Positions 27,284 through 37,891 of a DNA stretch of 64,000 nt are shown here, piece by piece. The notes under the pieces were generated by a model. It had not been told where the DNA came from. It saw only the letters and a program-made list of their open reading frames with translations, and searched no databases. Within the stretch, counting starts at the first letter, position 1, and every line of letters begins with the position of its first letter. The translations under genes and the position numbers were made by a program. This DNA comes from Kiritimatiellia bacterium (lineage in GTDB: Bacteria > Verrucomicrobiota > Kiritimatiellia > RFP12 > UBA1067): contig JAQUCE010000002.1 in NCBI GenBank assembly GCA_028686345.1, positions 42,735-106,734 on the forward strand, read 5' to 3'.

Positions 27284-30200
27284 ATGGCTTTTAAATTATC
27301 TTCACTGTTTTCTCGTGCGACGCGTGATTCATCCAGGCGTACCTCAGCACGCACCCCTCGTCGGTTTGGGGGCTCTCGGCGTATGCGCCGCCCCAATTAC
27401 AGCAAACTGCGTTGGCGCGATATTTTCTCTGAAAGAGCCATCCGTTTTCTCTCCTCCTCCCTGGCAAAAGGACGGCGCGGCCGTGATCTGGCATTGGGTC
27501 GGGACGAGCCTTTGCGCGCCGAGTTGCTCAGCTTACAGCAGATCACCCCCTTTGCCAAGGAGTTGGCGCAACAGCACCAGGTGGCAGCCGGACGCGGGGC
27601 TGACAAACTCCTGCCGCAACTGGCTAAAAATCAACGCGCCTTGTACCGCTCCTACGACATTGTCGGCGCGGCGCTGGCGCAGGGACGCCAGCTCGAACCA
27701 GCGGCAGAGTGGCTGCTCGATAACTTCTTCCTCGTTGAGCAGCAGATCAACGATGCCTACCTTCACCTCCCGCGCGCCTACAGCCGCAGTCTGCCTCGTC
27801 TGACAGCTGGCGCGATGGCCGGCTTTCCCCGGGTTTACCATATGGCAATCGAACTGATCGCGCACCTGGATGGACGATTAGAGGCGAACACTGTCACCCA
27901 GTTCGTCTCCGCCTATCAGGAGATTACCCCGCTGCGTTTAAGCGAACTCTGGGCCTTTCCGATTGCCCTGCGTCTGGGGCTGATCGATAATTTGCGCCGC
28001 GTGGCAGCGCGGATCGCCCGGCGGCGGCGCGAGCGCGACGCTGGCATTGCCTGGGCCGAACGCATGATCGCCACCGCCGCCGAGCAGCCGCAACGGTTGA
28101 TCCGACTGCTGGCGGAATTTGCCGACAGCGAGACTAAACTCACCGCGCCGTTCCTGGAAGAGTTCAGCAGCCGATTACGGGGCCAAGGCATGGCACTCGC
28201 CTTTGTTCTGAACTGGGTTGAGCAAGCCCTGGCCGACAAGGGCACCAACGAACCCCAGCAGCTGCAAGCCGATAGCCATGCGCAGGCCGCAGAGCAGGTC
28301 TCCATTGCCAACAGTATCGCCAGTATGCGCTTCCTTGGCGCGCTGGATTGGAAAGAGTTTGTCGAAACCCTCAGCGTCGTGGAACATACCCTGCGCGGCG
28401 ATCCAGCCAACGCCTATTCAGAGCAGGATTTTGCCACGCGCGACCGCTACCGCCATATTATCGAACGCCTCGCCAAGCGTAGCGACCAAGATGAAGCAGC
28501 AGTCGCACGTAAAGTCGTTGAGTTGGCACAAGCGCACGCCGACCATGATGACGCGCGTAAGAGCCGGGAGTCGCACATCGGCCACTACCTGATCGGCGGC
28601 GGCGCGCAGCAGCTCACCCGGGTGCTGAAGTGCCGCGGCCTCCTCTGCGAATGCGCCTTGCGCCTGTGCACGCGTTACGCGCTGCTCCTATATCTTGGCC
28701 CGATTTTTATGATCACCGCTGCGGCCACCGCCGCCACCATACCCTGGTTTTCCAGCCTGGGCATGGCCTCGCCGCACTTTTGGCTGTTTGTGATCACAGC
28801 CGCGATCGGCGCTTCCGCGCTGGGGGTCTCGCTGGTCAACTTTTTGGCGACCCTGCTCGTCCCGCCGCGCCCGATGCCACGGCTTGATTACTCCCAGGGC
28901 ATACCCTCAGACCAGCGCTCCATCGTGGTCATCCCCTGTTTACTCAGTAACGCGGCAACCGTTGAACGGCTGTTGGAAGCGCTTGAAATCCGCTACCTCG
29001 GCAACCGCGATCCGAACATAGGCTTTGCTTTGCTCAGCGATTTCGTCGATGCCGAGAGTGAGACCATACCAGCTGACGAGGAGTTAATTGCTCTGGCCCG
29101 CGCAGGAATCGCAGCTTTGAACGAGCGCTACCAAACAGCTGAGCAGCGCGCGCTTTTTTACCTGCTCCACCGCCCGCGCGTTTGGAACCCGATCGAAAAT
29201 CAGTGGATGGGCTGGGAGCGCAAGCGCGGCAAGCTGGAGCAGTTCAACGCTTTCTTACGGGGCGAGGCGCAGGATGCGTTTTCAATCATCGACGGCTTCC
29301 GCCCATTTTTACGCGCAGTCAAATACGTGATCACCCTGGATGCCGACACCGAGTTGCCGCGCGGCGCGGCGCACCGTTTGGTGGGTGCCATGGCGCACCC
29401 CTTGAACCAGCCGCGTATCGACCCCAAAACCCGCCGCGTTGTTGAAGGCTATGGCATCTTGCAACCGCGCGCCTCGATCCGCTTGACCGATGGCCAAAGC
29501 CGCTTTGCCTCCCTTTTTTCAGGCGCGACCGGTTTGGACCCCTACACCCGTGAGGTCTCAGATGTCTACCAGGATCTCTTTGGCGAAGGCTCTTTTGTTG
29601 GCAAGGGCATCTATGATGTTGATGCCTTCCGCGAAGTGCTGGAGGGGCGTTTTCCTGAGAATCAAATCCTCAGCCACGATCTGCTGGAGAGCTGCTATGC
29701 CCGCTCAGCGCTGTTGAGCGGTGTCGAAGTCTATGAGGACTTCCCTGCCACCTATCTGGGTGAGATCAGCCGCCAGCACCGCTGGACCCGCGGCGATTGG
29801 CAGATTCTGCGCTGGCTCTTCCCGCGCCCGCCCACCAGCACGGCTCAGCGCGACTCCAACCCGCTCTCAGCCCTCAGCCGCTGGAAGATCTTCGACAACA
29901 TCCGGCGCAGCCTCGTGGCCCCCGCCTTACTGGTGTGGCTGATTGTGGGCTGGGCCGTGACACCTGACTGGTCCTGGCTTTTCACCGGTTATGTGCTGGC
30001 GATCCTGTTCTCCAGCGGCATTCTGCGTACCCTCACTAACATTGTACGCAAGCCCGAGACCAGTGAGTGGCATCTCCATTTGCGCTCTGTTGGCAGCACA
30101 TTCGGCCTCTGTTTTGCCGAGCCGCTACTCGCCTTGGCCTGCCTACCCTACGAGGCCAGCATTACCCTGGATGCCTGCTGCCGCGCCACTGGGCGCTTTG

Positions 30201-33200
30201 GCATCACCCGCCGCGGTCTCCTGCTCTGGAACCTGCCGCAAGACCAGCGTCGTAATCAACGGCGCACCCTCGCTGGATTCTTAATCGAGATGTGGCCGAC
30301 CGGCTGCTTGACGCTGGCCGGCGTGGCTGTCTGCTGGCTGGTGCCGGGCCAGCCCCTTGCCCGCCTGCCACTGATCGGCGCCTGGCTGTGCGCCCCGCTG
30401 ATCGCCTGGTGGCTCAGCCGCCCGCCCCGCGCCGCCACCCCTGAGCTGGCCCCCGCGCAAAAACAGTGGTTGCGGGCGCTTGCCCGCCGGACATGGCGCT
30501 TCTTCGAGGTCTTTGTCACCGAAGAAAACCAGTGGCTGCCACCTGATAACTATCAGGAAACACCCGCGCCCGAGATCGCCATGCGCACCTCGCCCACCAA
30601 CATGGGGCTGGCACTGACAGCCAATTTGTCGGCCTGGGACCTTGGCTACCTGTCAACAGGGCGGCTACTGGAACGCACCGAGCATATGCTGAGCGCCATG
30701 AAGCAACTGGAGCGCTATCGCGGCCACTTTTACAATTGGTATGACATCCAAAACTTGCAGCCCCTGCGTCCGCTCTATGTCTCCAGCGTGGACAGCGGTA
30801 ACCTGGCAGGCCACCTGGTTGCACTGCGGGGCGGGCTCAGTGACCTGCGACAACAACCAGCTCTCTGCCCGCGGGATCAGATCAAGGCCGGTTTGCGCGA
30901 CACCTTGAGTGTGTTGCGGCAAGAGAGCGGACGCCGCGCGCCACCACTCTTGGCGCAGGCGTTGGCAGCCGCCAAAACCGCAGTTCAGGGACTCCCGCTC
31001 GCTGATGAGAGCGACTTTCGCACACCGCTGGCAACCACCCTGCAGGTCGCCGCGCTACTCTGTAATGCCGCCGAACCTGTGGGAGGCGAGGTGCTAGCCT
31101 GGGCCAATGCGTTTATGGCGCAGTGCGAGGACCATGTTGCCGACATAGATCTGTTCGCGTCGGGCACCCGTACCCAGGCACATGCCCTCTCCCTTGAAAT
31201 GCTGGCGCAAACACCTGACGCTGACAATGCGCCGGCCCAACGCCGGGCAGTCACCCGGCTCCAGAGCATCACCAACCTGGAGCGGGTGTGCGCGGAGATG
31301 GAAGCCGCGATGGACTTCCGCTTTCTCTATGACTCGGCGCAGAACCTGTTGAGCATCGGTTATGATGTCAGTGCCCGTCACCTTGACCCCGGACGTTACG
31401 ACATGCTGGCCTCCGAGGCGCGTCTTGCCAGCTACCTGCTGGTGGCCAGTGAGCAGGCACCGGTTGACCATTGGTTCGCTCTGGGCCGGCTGCTCACACA
31501 ACACAAGCGAGCCACGGCCCTGCTATCATGGAGTGGCTCGATGTTTGAGTACCTCATGCCGGCCTTGCTGATGCCCCACTACCGCAACACGCTTTTGGAG
31601 CGCACCTGCCGGGCAACTATTGCCCGTCAGATCCACTATGGCCGTCAGCGCAACGTTCCATGGGGTATCTCTGAATCATGCTACAACGCCCGCGATGCCC
31701 GACATGTCTACCAATACCGGGCCTTTGGTGTCCCGGGTATGGGGTTAAAACGCGGTTTGGCCAATGATCTTGTGATCGCGCCTTATGCCACACTGCTGGC
31801 CCTGCCGTTCGCACCGCAAGAGGCCTATGAGAACCTGCGCCGACTGGTGAGCCAGGAGCGCGCCCTTGGCGCATATGGATTGTACGAGGCCATCGACTAC
31901 ACCCGCTCCCGTGTGCCTCACGATAAAACAAGAGAGGTCATACGCGCTTTTATGGCCCACCACCAAGGCATGGGGCTGATTGCCATGGCCAATCTGTTGG
32001 TCGGCGGACGGATGATCGAACGCTTCATGGCTGATCCCGCTATGCGTGCAACTGAACTGCTGCTCCAGGAGCGCATGCCACAGGCGCTCTCACTGCTGCA
32101 GCCATATGCCCGCGAAGCCGGAGCCGCCACCGAACCAAAGGACGATAAACCGGAAGCCGTGATGCGCGTCTTCTCCGATCCCGACACCTTGGTCCCGGAG
32201 GTTCACTTCCTCTCCAATGGCAACTACCACGTAATGGTCACCCACACGGGCGGCGGCACCAGCCGCTGGCATGATCTGGAGATCACCCGCTGGCGGGAGG
32301 ACGCAACCTGTGACAACTGGGGCTCGTTCATCTACCTGCGCGACGTCGGCTCAGCCGCCGTGTGGTCGGCGGCCTTCCAGCCAACCCGTGATCCGGGCGA
32401 GGACTATGAGGCCATTTTCACACAGGGACGCGCTGAATACCGCCGCCGCGACCATGATCTTGAGACCCACACCGAGATCTGCGTTTCGCCCGAGGACGAC
32501 GTGGAAATCCGCCGCGTGACCCTCAACAACCTGGCACGCCGTCCACGCCGCGTTGAATTGACGAGTTTCGCCGAGGTTGTCCTGGCACCCCAAAACGCCG
32601 ACTTAGCGCACCCGGCCTTCTCCAAGCTCTTCCTGCAAACCGAGGTGTTGCCGGATCGGCAGGCGATCCTATGCACACGCCGCAAACGCTCCCCTGAAGA
32701 TGTCACCCCCTGGCTCTTCCACCTGTTGATTGCGGTCGAAGCCGACCAAGCGCCGACCTTCGAGACCGACCGCGCCAACTTCATTGGCCGTGGCCGCACC
32801 GCTGCCAATCCAATTGCGATGGACGCGCCGAGAGATGAGCCAGCCCCGCTCTCCAATACCGCCGGCGCGGTACTGGACCCGATCATTGCTGTGCGCCAAC
32901 TGCTGGTCGTCCCTGTTGACCGTGTGATCACCACACACCTTGTCACCGGCGTTGCCGCAACCCGCGAAGCTGCACTGCATTTGATCGAAAAATACCAGGA
33001 CTGCCACTTTGTTGAACGCGCCTTTGAAATGGCTTGGTCCCACAGCCAGATCGTTATGCGCCAACTGGCTGTCAGCGAGGCCCAGACCCAGCTTTATGGA
33101 CGGCTGGCCAGCTCCATCATCTATGCCAACGACCACCTCCGCGCGCCAGCCAGTGTGATCGCGCAAAACCGCCTGAGCCAGCAGAGGCTGTGGCACTTCG

Positions 33201-36037
33201 GCATCTCGGGCGATCTGCCGATTCTGCTGATGCGTATCCGCGACCTTAAACGCCTCGACCGTATCCACGAGATATTGCGCGCCCACGCCTATTGGCGCAC
33301 CAAAGGAATCACCTGCGATATTGTGATCATCAATGAAGACTACTCCGGCTACCGGGCAACATTGAATGACCGCATCATCGACGCCATCAACTCCGGACCG
33401 GCCGCTGGACTGCTCGACAAACCTGGCGGCATATTTGTCCGCCGCATCGAAACCTTGTCGGAAGAGGAGCTGACCCTGCTCGCGACCGTGGCACGGGTGG
33501 TGCTCTCCGACACCGCTGAAACCTTGCACGAGCAGGTTGGCCGCATGGTCTCGACCCGACGCCTCCCAGGCCGCTTCCACCCAACACAATCGGATCTGAC
33601 TCCCGTGGTGCCAACCCCGTTGCGCACCCCTGAGAGGATCTTTGTCAACGGCCCCGGCGGTTTTACCCCTGATGGACGCGAGTATGTAATCCGCCTGGCA
33701 CCAGACGAAACCACCCCCGCGCCGTGGTGCAATGTGATTGCCAGCCCGCATATCGGCACCGTGGTGAGTGAGAGCGGCAGTATGTACACCTGGGTCGAGA
33801 ATGCGCACGAATTCCGGCTGACCCCATGGCACAACGACCCGATCAGCGACACGAGTGGCGAGGCCTTCTACCTGCGTGACGAAGCCACCGGACGCTTCTG
33901 GTCGCCGACCATGCTGCCTGCACCCGGTGTGTCAGGCACCATCTGCCGACACGGCTTTGGTTACACGGTCTTCGAATATGAGGAAGCCGGAATCGTCGCT
34001 GAAACATGGGTGTATGTGGCCATGGACGCGCCCGTGAAGTTTGTGGTGATCAAATTGCGCAATCAATCCGAGCAGCAGCGTAAGCTCTCGCTCTCCGCTT
34101 TTTATGAGCTGGTGCTGGGCGAGTGGCGCCACAGCAATGCCATGCACATTGTGACCGAGGTCGATCCCCGCAGCGGCGCGCTCTTTGCCAGTAACCCCTA
34201 CAGCCGCGAGTTCGCCAACCGCGTGGTGTTCGCCAATTGCAGCGTTACCGAAAGATCGTACACAGGCAGCCGTAACGAGTTTATCGGACGCAACGGCTCA
34301 CTTGCTGATCCGGCGGCCTTGCACCGTGAGCGCCTCTCCAATGTGACTGGCGCCGGCTTGGACCCCGCCCTTGGATTGCAGGCCTTCATCACCTTGGATG
34401 CCGGGCAGTCGCAAGAGGTGGTCTTCACCCTCGGCGCCGCCGCCTCAACCGCCGAGGCGCAGAGCTGCCTGCAGCGCTACAGCGGGCCCAACGGCGCCCG
34501 CGACGCGCTGAACGCGGTCTGGGAGCACTGGAACCACACCCTCAGCCGCGTCCATGTTGAAACCCCTGACCAGGCCACCAATGTGCTGCTCAACGGCTGG
34601 CTGCCCTACCAGGTGCTCTCATGCCGCTACTGGGGACGCAGCGGCTACTACCAATCAGGTGGAGCCTATGGTTTCCGTGATCAACTCCAGGATACCATGG
34701 CGCTGATCCATGCCGCACCATATGTGACGCGCGAACATCTGCTGCGGGCCGCCTCCCGCCAATTCGTCGAGGGCGATGTGCAACACTGGTGGCACCCCCC
34801 GCAAGGCGCGGGCGTGCGCACCCACTTCTCTGATGATTACCTGTGGCTCCCCCAGGCAGCCATGCGCTATGTCCAGGCAACAGGCGACACCGGCGTGCTG
34901 GATGAATCCATACCATTCCTCAGTGGACGCCCTGTCAGCCATGATGAGGAGGCCTACTATGAGACACCGATCCACTCGAATGAAAGCGGCACCCTCTATG
35001 AACACTGCGTACGGGCGCTGCGCAATGGACTGCGCTTCGGTGTCCACGGACTGCCTTTGATCGGCTGTGGCGACTGGAACGACGGCATGAACCTCATCGG
35101 ACGTGATGGCAAGGGCGAAAGTGTCTGGCTGGGCTGGTTCCTGTACGACAGCCTGACCCGTTTCTCCGTGCTTGCCAAGGAGCGCGGAGATAAGGATTTC
35201 GCCGCGTTTTCTCTGGAGCAGGCGGGAGCTCTGCTCCTGCGGATCGAAGACGCTGGCTGGGATGGCGCCTGGTACCGCCGCGCCTACTTTGATGACGGCA
35301 CCCCGCTCGGCTCGGCCGCCAACGAAGAGTGCCGTATTGACTCGCTCAGCCAAAGCTGGGCGGTTATCAGCGGGGCCGCACAACCGGAACGGGCGCGCCA
35401 GGGCATGGCAGAGGTCTCTGCCCAGCTGGTTGACCGTGAAGCAGGTATGATCCGGCTCTTTGCGCCGCCCTTTGACAGCAGCGACATTGAACCAGGCTAC
35501 ATCAAGGGCTATCCGCCGGGAATGCGTGAAAACGGCGGCCAGTACACGCACGGCGCGATCTGGTCGGTGATGGCGCTGGCCCTGCTCGGTGAACACAGCG
35601 AGGCGTGGGAGCTCTTCCGTATGATCAACCCGATCCTTCACAGCGATACCCCTGAAAAGGCCGCGCACTACTGCGTGGAGCCATATGTCATGGCCGCGGA
35701 TGTCTATGGTGTTGAACCCCACCGCGGCCGCGGCGGATGGTCATGGTATACAGGCGCTGCCGGCTGGATGTATCGCCTGGGCCTTGAAACACTTCTGGGG
35801 CTGGAGTTGCACAACGACCATTTATTGATCAACCCCAGGCTGCCGGAACAAGGGTGGGATCTCTACCGTATCCACTATCACCACCGCGAGACCGCATATC
35901 ACATCACCATCCGCAAGAGCACTAAGCCCTTGCAGCAGACCCGGGTGCGGATTGACGGCATCAAGCAGCCGGATGCCCGCATCCCGCTGCGCAACGACGG
36001 CGGCGAGCATCAGGTCGAGGTAATGGTTAGGGGTTAG
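27284..36037 (+). CDS. ndvB: Cyclic beta-1,2-glucan synthase (NdvB/ChvB/Cgs family): GT84 glycosyltransferase domain plus C-terminal GH94 (cellobiose-phosphorylase-like) domain. The start is uncertain; the ORF is open from 27143.
   Basis: ~2900 aa. GT84 DxD region VITLDADTELPRGAAHRLVGAMAHPLNQPRIDPKTRRVVEGYGILQPR. Multiple TM segments in the first 1000 aa. GH94 C-terminal signature NGWLPYQVLSCRYWGRSGYYQSGGAYGFRDQLQDTMALIH...WWHPP. Confidence 0.8.
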   Translation: MAFKLSSLFSRATRDSSRRTSARTPRRFGGSRRMRRPNYSKLRWRDIFSERAIRFLSSSLAKGRRGRDLALGRDEPLRAELLSLQQITPFAKELAQQHQVAAGRGADKLLPQLAKNQRALYRSYDIVGAALAQGRQLEPAAEWLLDNFFLVEQQINDAYLHLPRAYSRSLPRLTAGAMAGFPRVYHMAIELIAHLDGRLEANTVTQFVSAYQEITPLRLSELWAFPIALRLGLIDNLRRVAARIARRRRERDAGIAWAERMIATAAEQPQRLIRLLAEFADSETKLTAPFLEEFSSRLRGQGMALAFVLNWVEQALADKGTNEPQQLQADSHAQAAEQVSIANSIASMRFLGALDWKEFVETLSVVEHTLRGDPANAYSEQDFATRDRYRHIIERLAKRSDQDEAAVARKVVELAQAHADHDDARKSRESHIGHYLIGGGAQQLTRVLKCRGLLCECALRLCTRYALLLYLGPIFMITAAATAATIPWFSSLGMASPHFWLFVITAAIGASALGVSLVNFLATLLVPPRPMPRLDYSQGIPSDQRSIVVIPCLLSNAATVERLLEALEIRYLGNRDPNIGFALLSDFVDAESETIPADEELIALARAGIAALNERYQTAEQRALFYLLHRPRVWNPIENQWMGWERKRGKLEQFNAFLRGEAQDAFSIIDGFRPFLRAVKYVITLDADTELPRGAAHRLVGAMAHPLNQPRIDPKTRRVVEGYGILQPRASIRLTDGQSRFASLFSGATGLDPYTREVSDVYQDLFGEGSFVGKGIYDVDAFREVLEGRFPENQILSHDLLESCYARSALLSGVEVYEDFPATYLGEISRQHRWTRGDWQILRWLFPRPPTSTAQRDSNPLSALSRWKIFDNIRRSLVAPALLVWLIVGWAVTPDWSWLFTGYVLAILFSSGILRTLTNIVRKPETSEWHLHLRSVGSTFGLCFAEPLLALACLPYEASITLDACCRATGRFGITRRGLLLWNLPQDQRRNQRRTLAGFLIEMWPTGCLTLAGVAVCWLVPGQPLARLPLIGAWLCAPLIAWWLSRPPRAATPELAPAQKQWLRALARRTWRFFEVFVTEENQWLPPDNYQETPAPEIAMRTSPTNMGLALTANLSAWDLGYLSTGRLLERTEHMLSAMKQLERYRGHFYNWYDIQNLQPLRPLYVSSVDSGNLAGHLVALRGGLSDLRQQPALCPRDQIKAGLRDTLSVLRQESGRRAPPLLAQALAAAKTAVQGLPLADESDFRTPLATTLQVAALLCNAAEPVGGEVLAWANAFMAQCEDHVADIDLFASGTRTQAHALSLEMLAQTPDADNAPAQRRAVTRLQSITNLERVCAEMEAAMDFRFLYDSAQNLLSIGYDVSARHLDPGRYDMLASEARLASYLLVASEQAPVDHWFALGRLLTQHKRATALLSWSGSMFEYLMPALLMPHYRNTLLERTCRATIARQIHYGRQRNVPWGISESCYNARDARHVYQYRAFGVPGMGLKRGLANDLVIAPYATLLALPFAPQEAYENLRRLVSQERALGAYGLYEAIDYTRSRVPHDKTREVIRAFMAHHQGMGLIAMANLLVGGRMIERFMADPAMRATELLLQERMPQALSLLQPYAREAGAATEPKDDKPEAVMRVFSDPDTLVPEVHFLSNGNYHVMVTHTGGGTSRWHDLEITRWREDATCDNWGSFIYLRDVGSAAVWSAAFQPTRDPGEDYEAIFTQGRAEYRRRDHDLETHTEICVSPEDDVEIRRVTLNNLARRPRRVELTSFAEVVLAPQNADLAHPAFSKLFLQTEVLPDRQAILCTRRKRSPEDVTPWLFHLLIAVEADQAPTFETDRANFIGRGRTAANPIAMDAPRDEPAPLSNTAGAVLDPIIAVRQLLVVPVDRVITTHLVTGVAATREAALHLIEKYQDCHFVERAFEMAWSHSQIVMRQLAVSEAQTQLYGRLASSIIYANDHLRAPASVIAQNRLSQQRLWHFGISGDLPILLMRIRDLKRLDRIHEILRAHAYWRTKGITCDIVIINEDYSGYRATLNDRIIDAINSGPAAGLLDKPGGIFVRRIETLSEEELTLLATVARVVLSDTAETLHEQVGRMVSTRRLPGRFHPTQSDLTPVVPTPLRTPERIFVNGPGGFTPDGREYVIRLAPDETTPAPWCNVIASPHIGTVVSESGSMYTWVENAHEFRLTPWHNDPISDTSGEAFYLRDEATGRFWSPTMLPAPGVSGTICRHGFGYTVFEYEEAGIVAETWVYVAMDAPVKFVVIKLRNQSEQQRKLSLSAFYELVLGEWRHSNAMHIVTEVDPRSGALFASNPYSREFANRVVFANCSVTERSYTGSRNEFIGRNGSLADPAALHRERLSNVTGAGLDPALGLQAFITLDAGQSQEVVFTLGAAASTAEAQSCLQRYSGPNGARDALNAVWEHWNHTLSRVHVETPDQATNVLLNGWLPYQVLSCRYWGRSGYYQSGGAYGFRDQLQDTMALIHAAPYVTREHLLRAASRQFVEGDVQHWWHPPQGAGVRTHFSDDYLWLPQAAMRYVQATGDTGVLDESIPFLSGRPVSHDEEAYYETPIHSNESGTLYEHCVRALRNGLRFGVHGLPLIGCGDWNDGMNLIGRDGKGESVWLGWFLYDSLTRFSVLAKERGDKDFAAFSLEQAGALLLRIEDAGWDGAWYRRAYFDDGTPLGSAANEECRIDSLSQSWAVISGAAQPERARQGMAEVSAQLVDREAGMIRLFAPPFDSSDIEPGYIKGYPPGMRENGGQYTHGAIWSVMALALLGEHSEAWELFRMINPILHSDTPEKAAHYCVEPYVMAADVYGVEPHRGRGGWSWYTGAAGWMYRLGLETLLGLELHNDHLLINPRLPEQGWDLYRIHYHHRETAYHITIRKSTKPLQQTRVRIDGIKQPDARIPLRNDGGEHQVEVMVRG

Positions 36038-36059
36038 GGGTTAGGGGTTAGGGGTTAGA
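36025..36059 (+). repeat. Heptamer microsatellite (GGTTAGG)x5 (equivalent to TTAGGGG) overlapping the ndvB stop codon
   Basis: Read directly: ggttaggggttaggggttaggggttaggggttaga. Confidence 0.8.
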
Positions 36060-36720
36060 GGATAGGGGTGTGGTAGTCGAAGGTAGACCAAGGGCATCGA
36101 AGGTAGTCGAAAGAAGCCGCTTGCTGCAAAATGCCGCTGGTAGAGCGGCTACTACACCGAACGACAACCCGTGCATCCCGCAGTGCAGCGCATATGTAGC
36201 AGTCGCTCTACCAGCGACATTGGTTGACGATGCTGTGCGACGATGGCGGTGGACGATTGGGATCATGCGCGCTCTTCCACCAGCATCGTCGCCGCTATCG
36301 TCAACCAAAGGTGCAGCGGATCTCAGTAGGTCCGGTTTCCAACCGGACATGTCCGATTGGAAATCGGAGCTACGTTGCTCCCGCACCAACGCGCGCTTGC
36401 GCCTGCCGCGCGACATGCAAGCTTCACTCAAGTTGAAACTGTAGGGTTGGCGGAACTTGTCCGGCGTAGTTCCGCCATGCCACGGCGTAGCCTCGCTAGC
36501 GGGCGAAGCCGGGTTGCGGGACGAAGACGGATGAGCCAAACAAAGATTATGAAATCCCATGATGCGCCTTTGACAAACAACCACCTGGCATACGCAAATT
36601 GCTTCATAGAAGCAACACTACACCCTAGGGCGCGTTTTTCACGAACTAAATCATGATCCTAGTCAAGCTTCGGCCGACGATGCTGGGCGACGATGTTGGT
36701 GGACGATTGGGATCACGCTA
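36060..36720. repeat. Mosaic intergenic repeat block (family 4 fragments, family 3 copy in reverse orientation)
   Basis: 36420-36600 is the reverse complement of 12380-12560. 36200-36290 and 36660-36720 match the family 4 core gcgacgatg.tggttgacg...caatcgtcc. ORF-track ORFs here are judged spurious. Confidence 0.55.
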
Positions 36721-36726
36721 CAAGCT

Positions 36727-37743
36727 TCAAGCAAATCCATTCGGATTCATCGACTGCCAGCGCCAGGCATCCTCGCACATCTTGTTGAGGTCGCGCTCTG
36801 CCTTCCAGTTCAGCTCTGTGAGCGCCAGCGTAGGATCAGCCCAGCAGGCGGCGATATCGCCGGGGCGCCGCGGTTTAATCGTGTATGCCACCTTTTTACC
36901 GGAGGCCCGCTCAAAGGCTGTGACAACCTGCAGCACGCTGTAGCCATTGCCTGTCCCAAGGTTATAGATGGCCAGGCCGGGATCTGCGGCGAGCTTTTCA
37001 ATGGCGCGCAGATGCCCGAGTGCCAGATCAACCACGTGGATGTAATCGCGCACGCCGGTGCCGTCAATTGTGGGGTAGTCGTCCCCAAAGACCGAGAGGC
37101 ATTGCAAGCGGCCAACCGCGACCTGCGACACAAAGGGCAGGAGATTACTGGGAATGCCGGCGGGATCTTCACCGATCAGACCGCTCTCATGGGCACCGAT
37201 TGGGTTGAAGTAGCGCAGCAGCACGATGTTCCACTGTTGGTCAGCGGTGTGCACATCGCGGAAGATCTGCTCCATCATCAGCTTGGACCAGCCATACGGG
37301 TTGGTCGCCCCTGTGGTAGGGAAATCCTCGCGGATCGGCATGGCGTGTGGTTCGCCGTAAACAGTGGCCGAGGAGCTGAAAACAATGTTTTTACAGTTGT
37401 TCTCTGCCATCACCTCACAGAGTGTGATGGTGCCGGTGATGTTGTTGTGGTAGTACTTCAGCGGCTGCTCGGTGGATTCGCCGACTGCTTTCAAGGCTGC
37501 AAAGTGGATTACAGCGTCAAAGGGGCCGACTTCTCTGAAAACCTTCTGCAGCTCAAGTTTATTGCAGATATTCACTCTGAAAAAACGAACTTTCCTGTCT
37601 GTGATCTTTTCGACCCGCCGGAGGCTCTCCTCCACACTGTTGCAAAGGTTATCCACCACCACCACCTCATGCTCTGCCTGCAGCAGTTCCAACACGGTGT
37701 GACTGCCAATAAACCCTGCTCCGCCAGTAACGAGAATTTTCAT
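36727..37743 (-). CDS. galE: UDP-glucose 4-epimerase
   Basis: MKILVTGGAGFIGSHTVLELL Rossmann motif, YxxxK catalytic region, 338 aa, typical GalE length and motifs. Confidence 0.9.
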   Translation of the reverse strand: MKILVTGGAGFIGSHTVLELLQAEHEVVVVDNLCNSVEESLRRVEKITDRKVRFFRVNICNKLELQKVFREVGPFDAVIHFAALKAVGESTEQPLKYYHNNITGTITLCEVMAENNCKNIVFSSSATVYGEPHAMPIREDFPTTGATNPYGWSKLMMEQIFRDVHTADQQWNIVLLRYFNPIGAHESGLIGEDPAGIPSNLLPFVSQVAVGRLQCLSVFGDDYPTIDGTGVRDYIHVVDLALGHLRAIEKLAADPGLAIYNLGTGNGYSVLQVVTAFERASGKKVAYTIKPRRPGDIAACWADPTLALTELNWKAERDLNKMCEDAWRWQSMNPNGFA

Positions 37744-37891
37744 AAATACCTTTCAGTAGTTTGGTGTTGCAACACTAATTGGATCAAAAAATTCAATAGC
37801 CAAACAACTCCTTTAATAGCCCTTAGTTTAGGCTTTGAAGCAATCATAGTAAAGCGGCAAAATACGCATCCCGATTTTCACTAAACCGTGG

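Noticed and set aside
32669-35722. Long minus-strand ORFs (32669-33832, 34655-35722, 32404-32946) inside the cyclic glucan synthase gene
   Set aside because: They are antisense to a strongly supported 2900-aa plus-strand gene with conserved GT84/GH94 motifs. High-GC antisense ORFs are expected by chance.
36025-36059. Telomere repeat or linear-replicon end
   Set aside because: Only 5 copies, embedded between ordinary genes with no terminal structure. Treated as a simple microsatellite.
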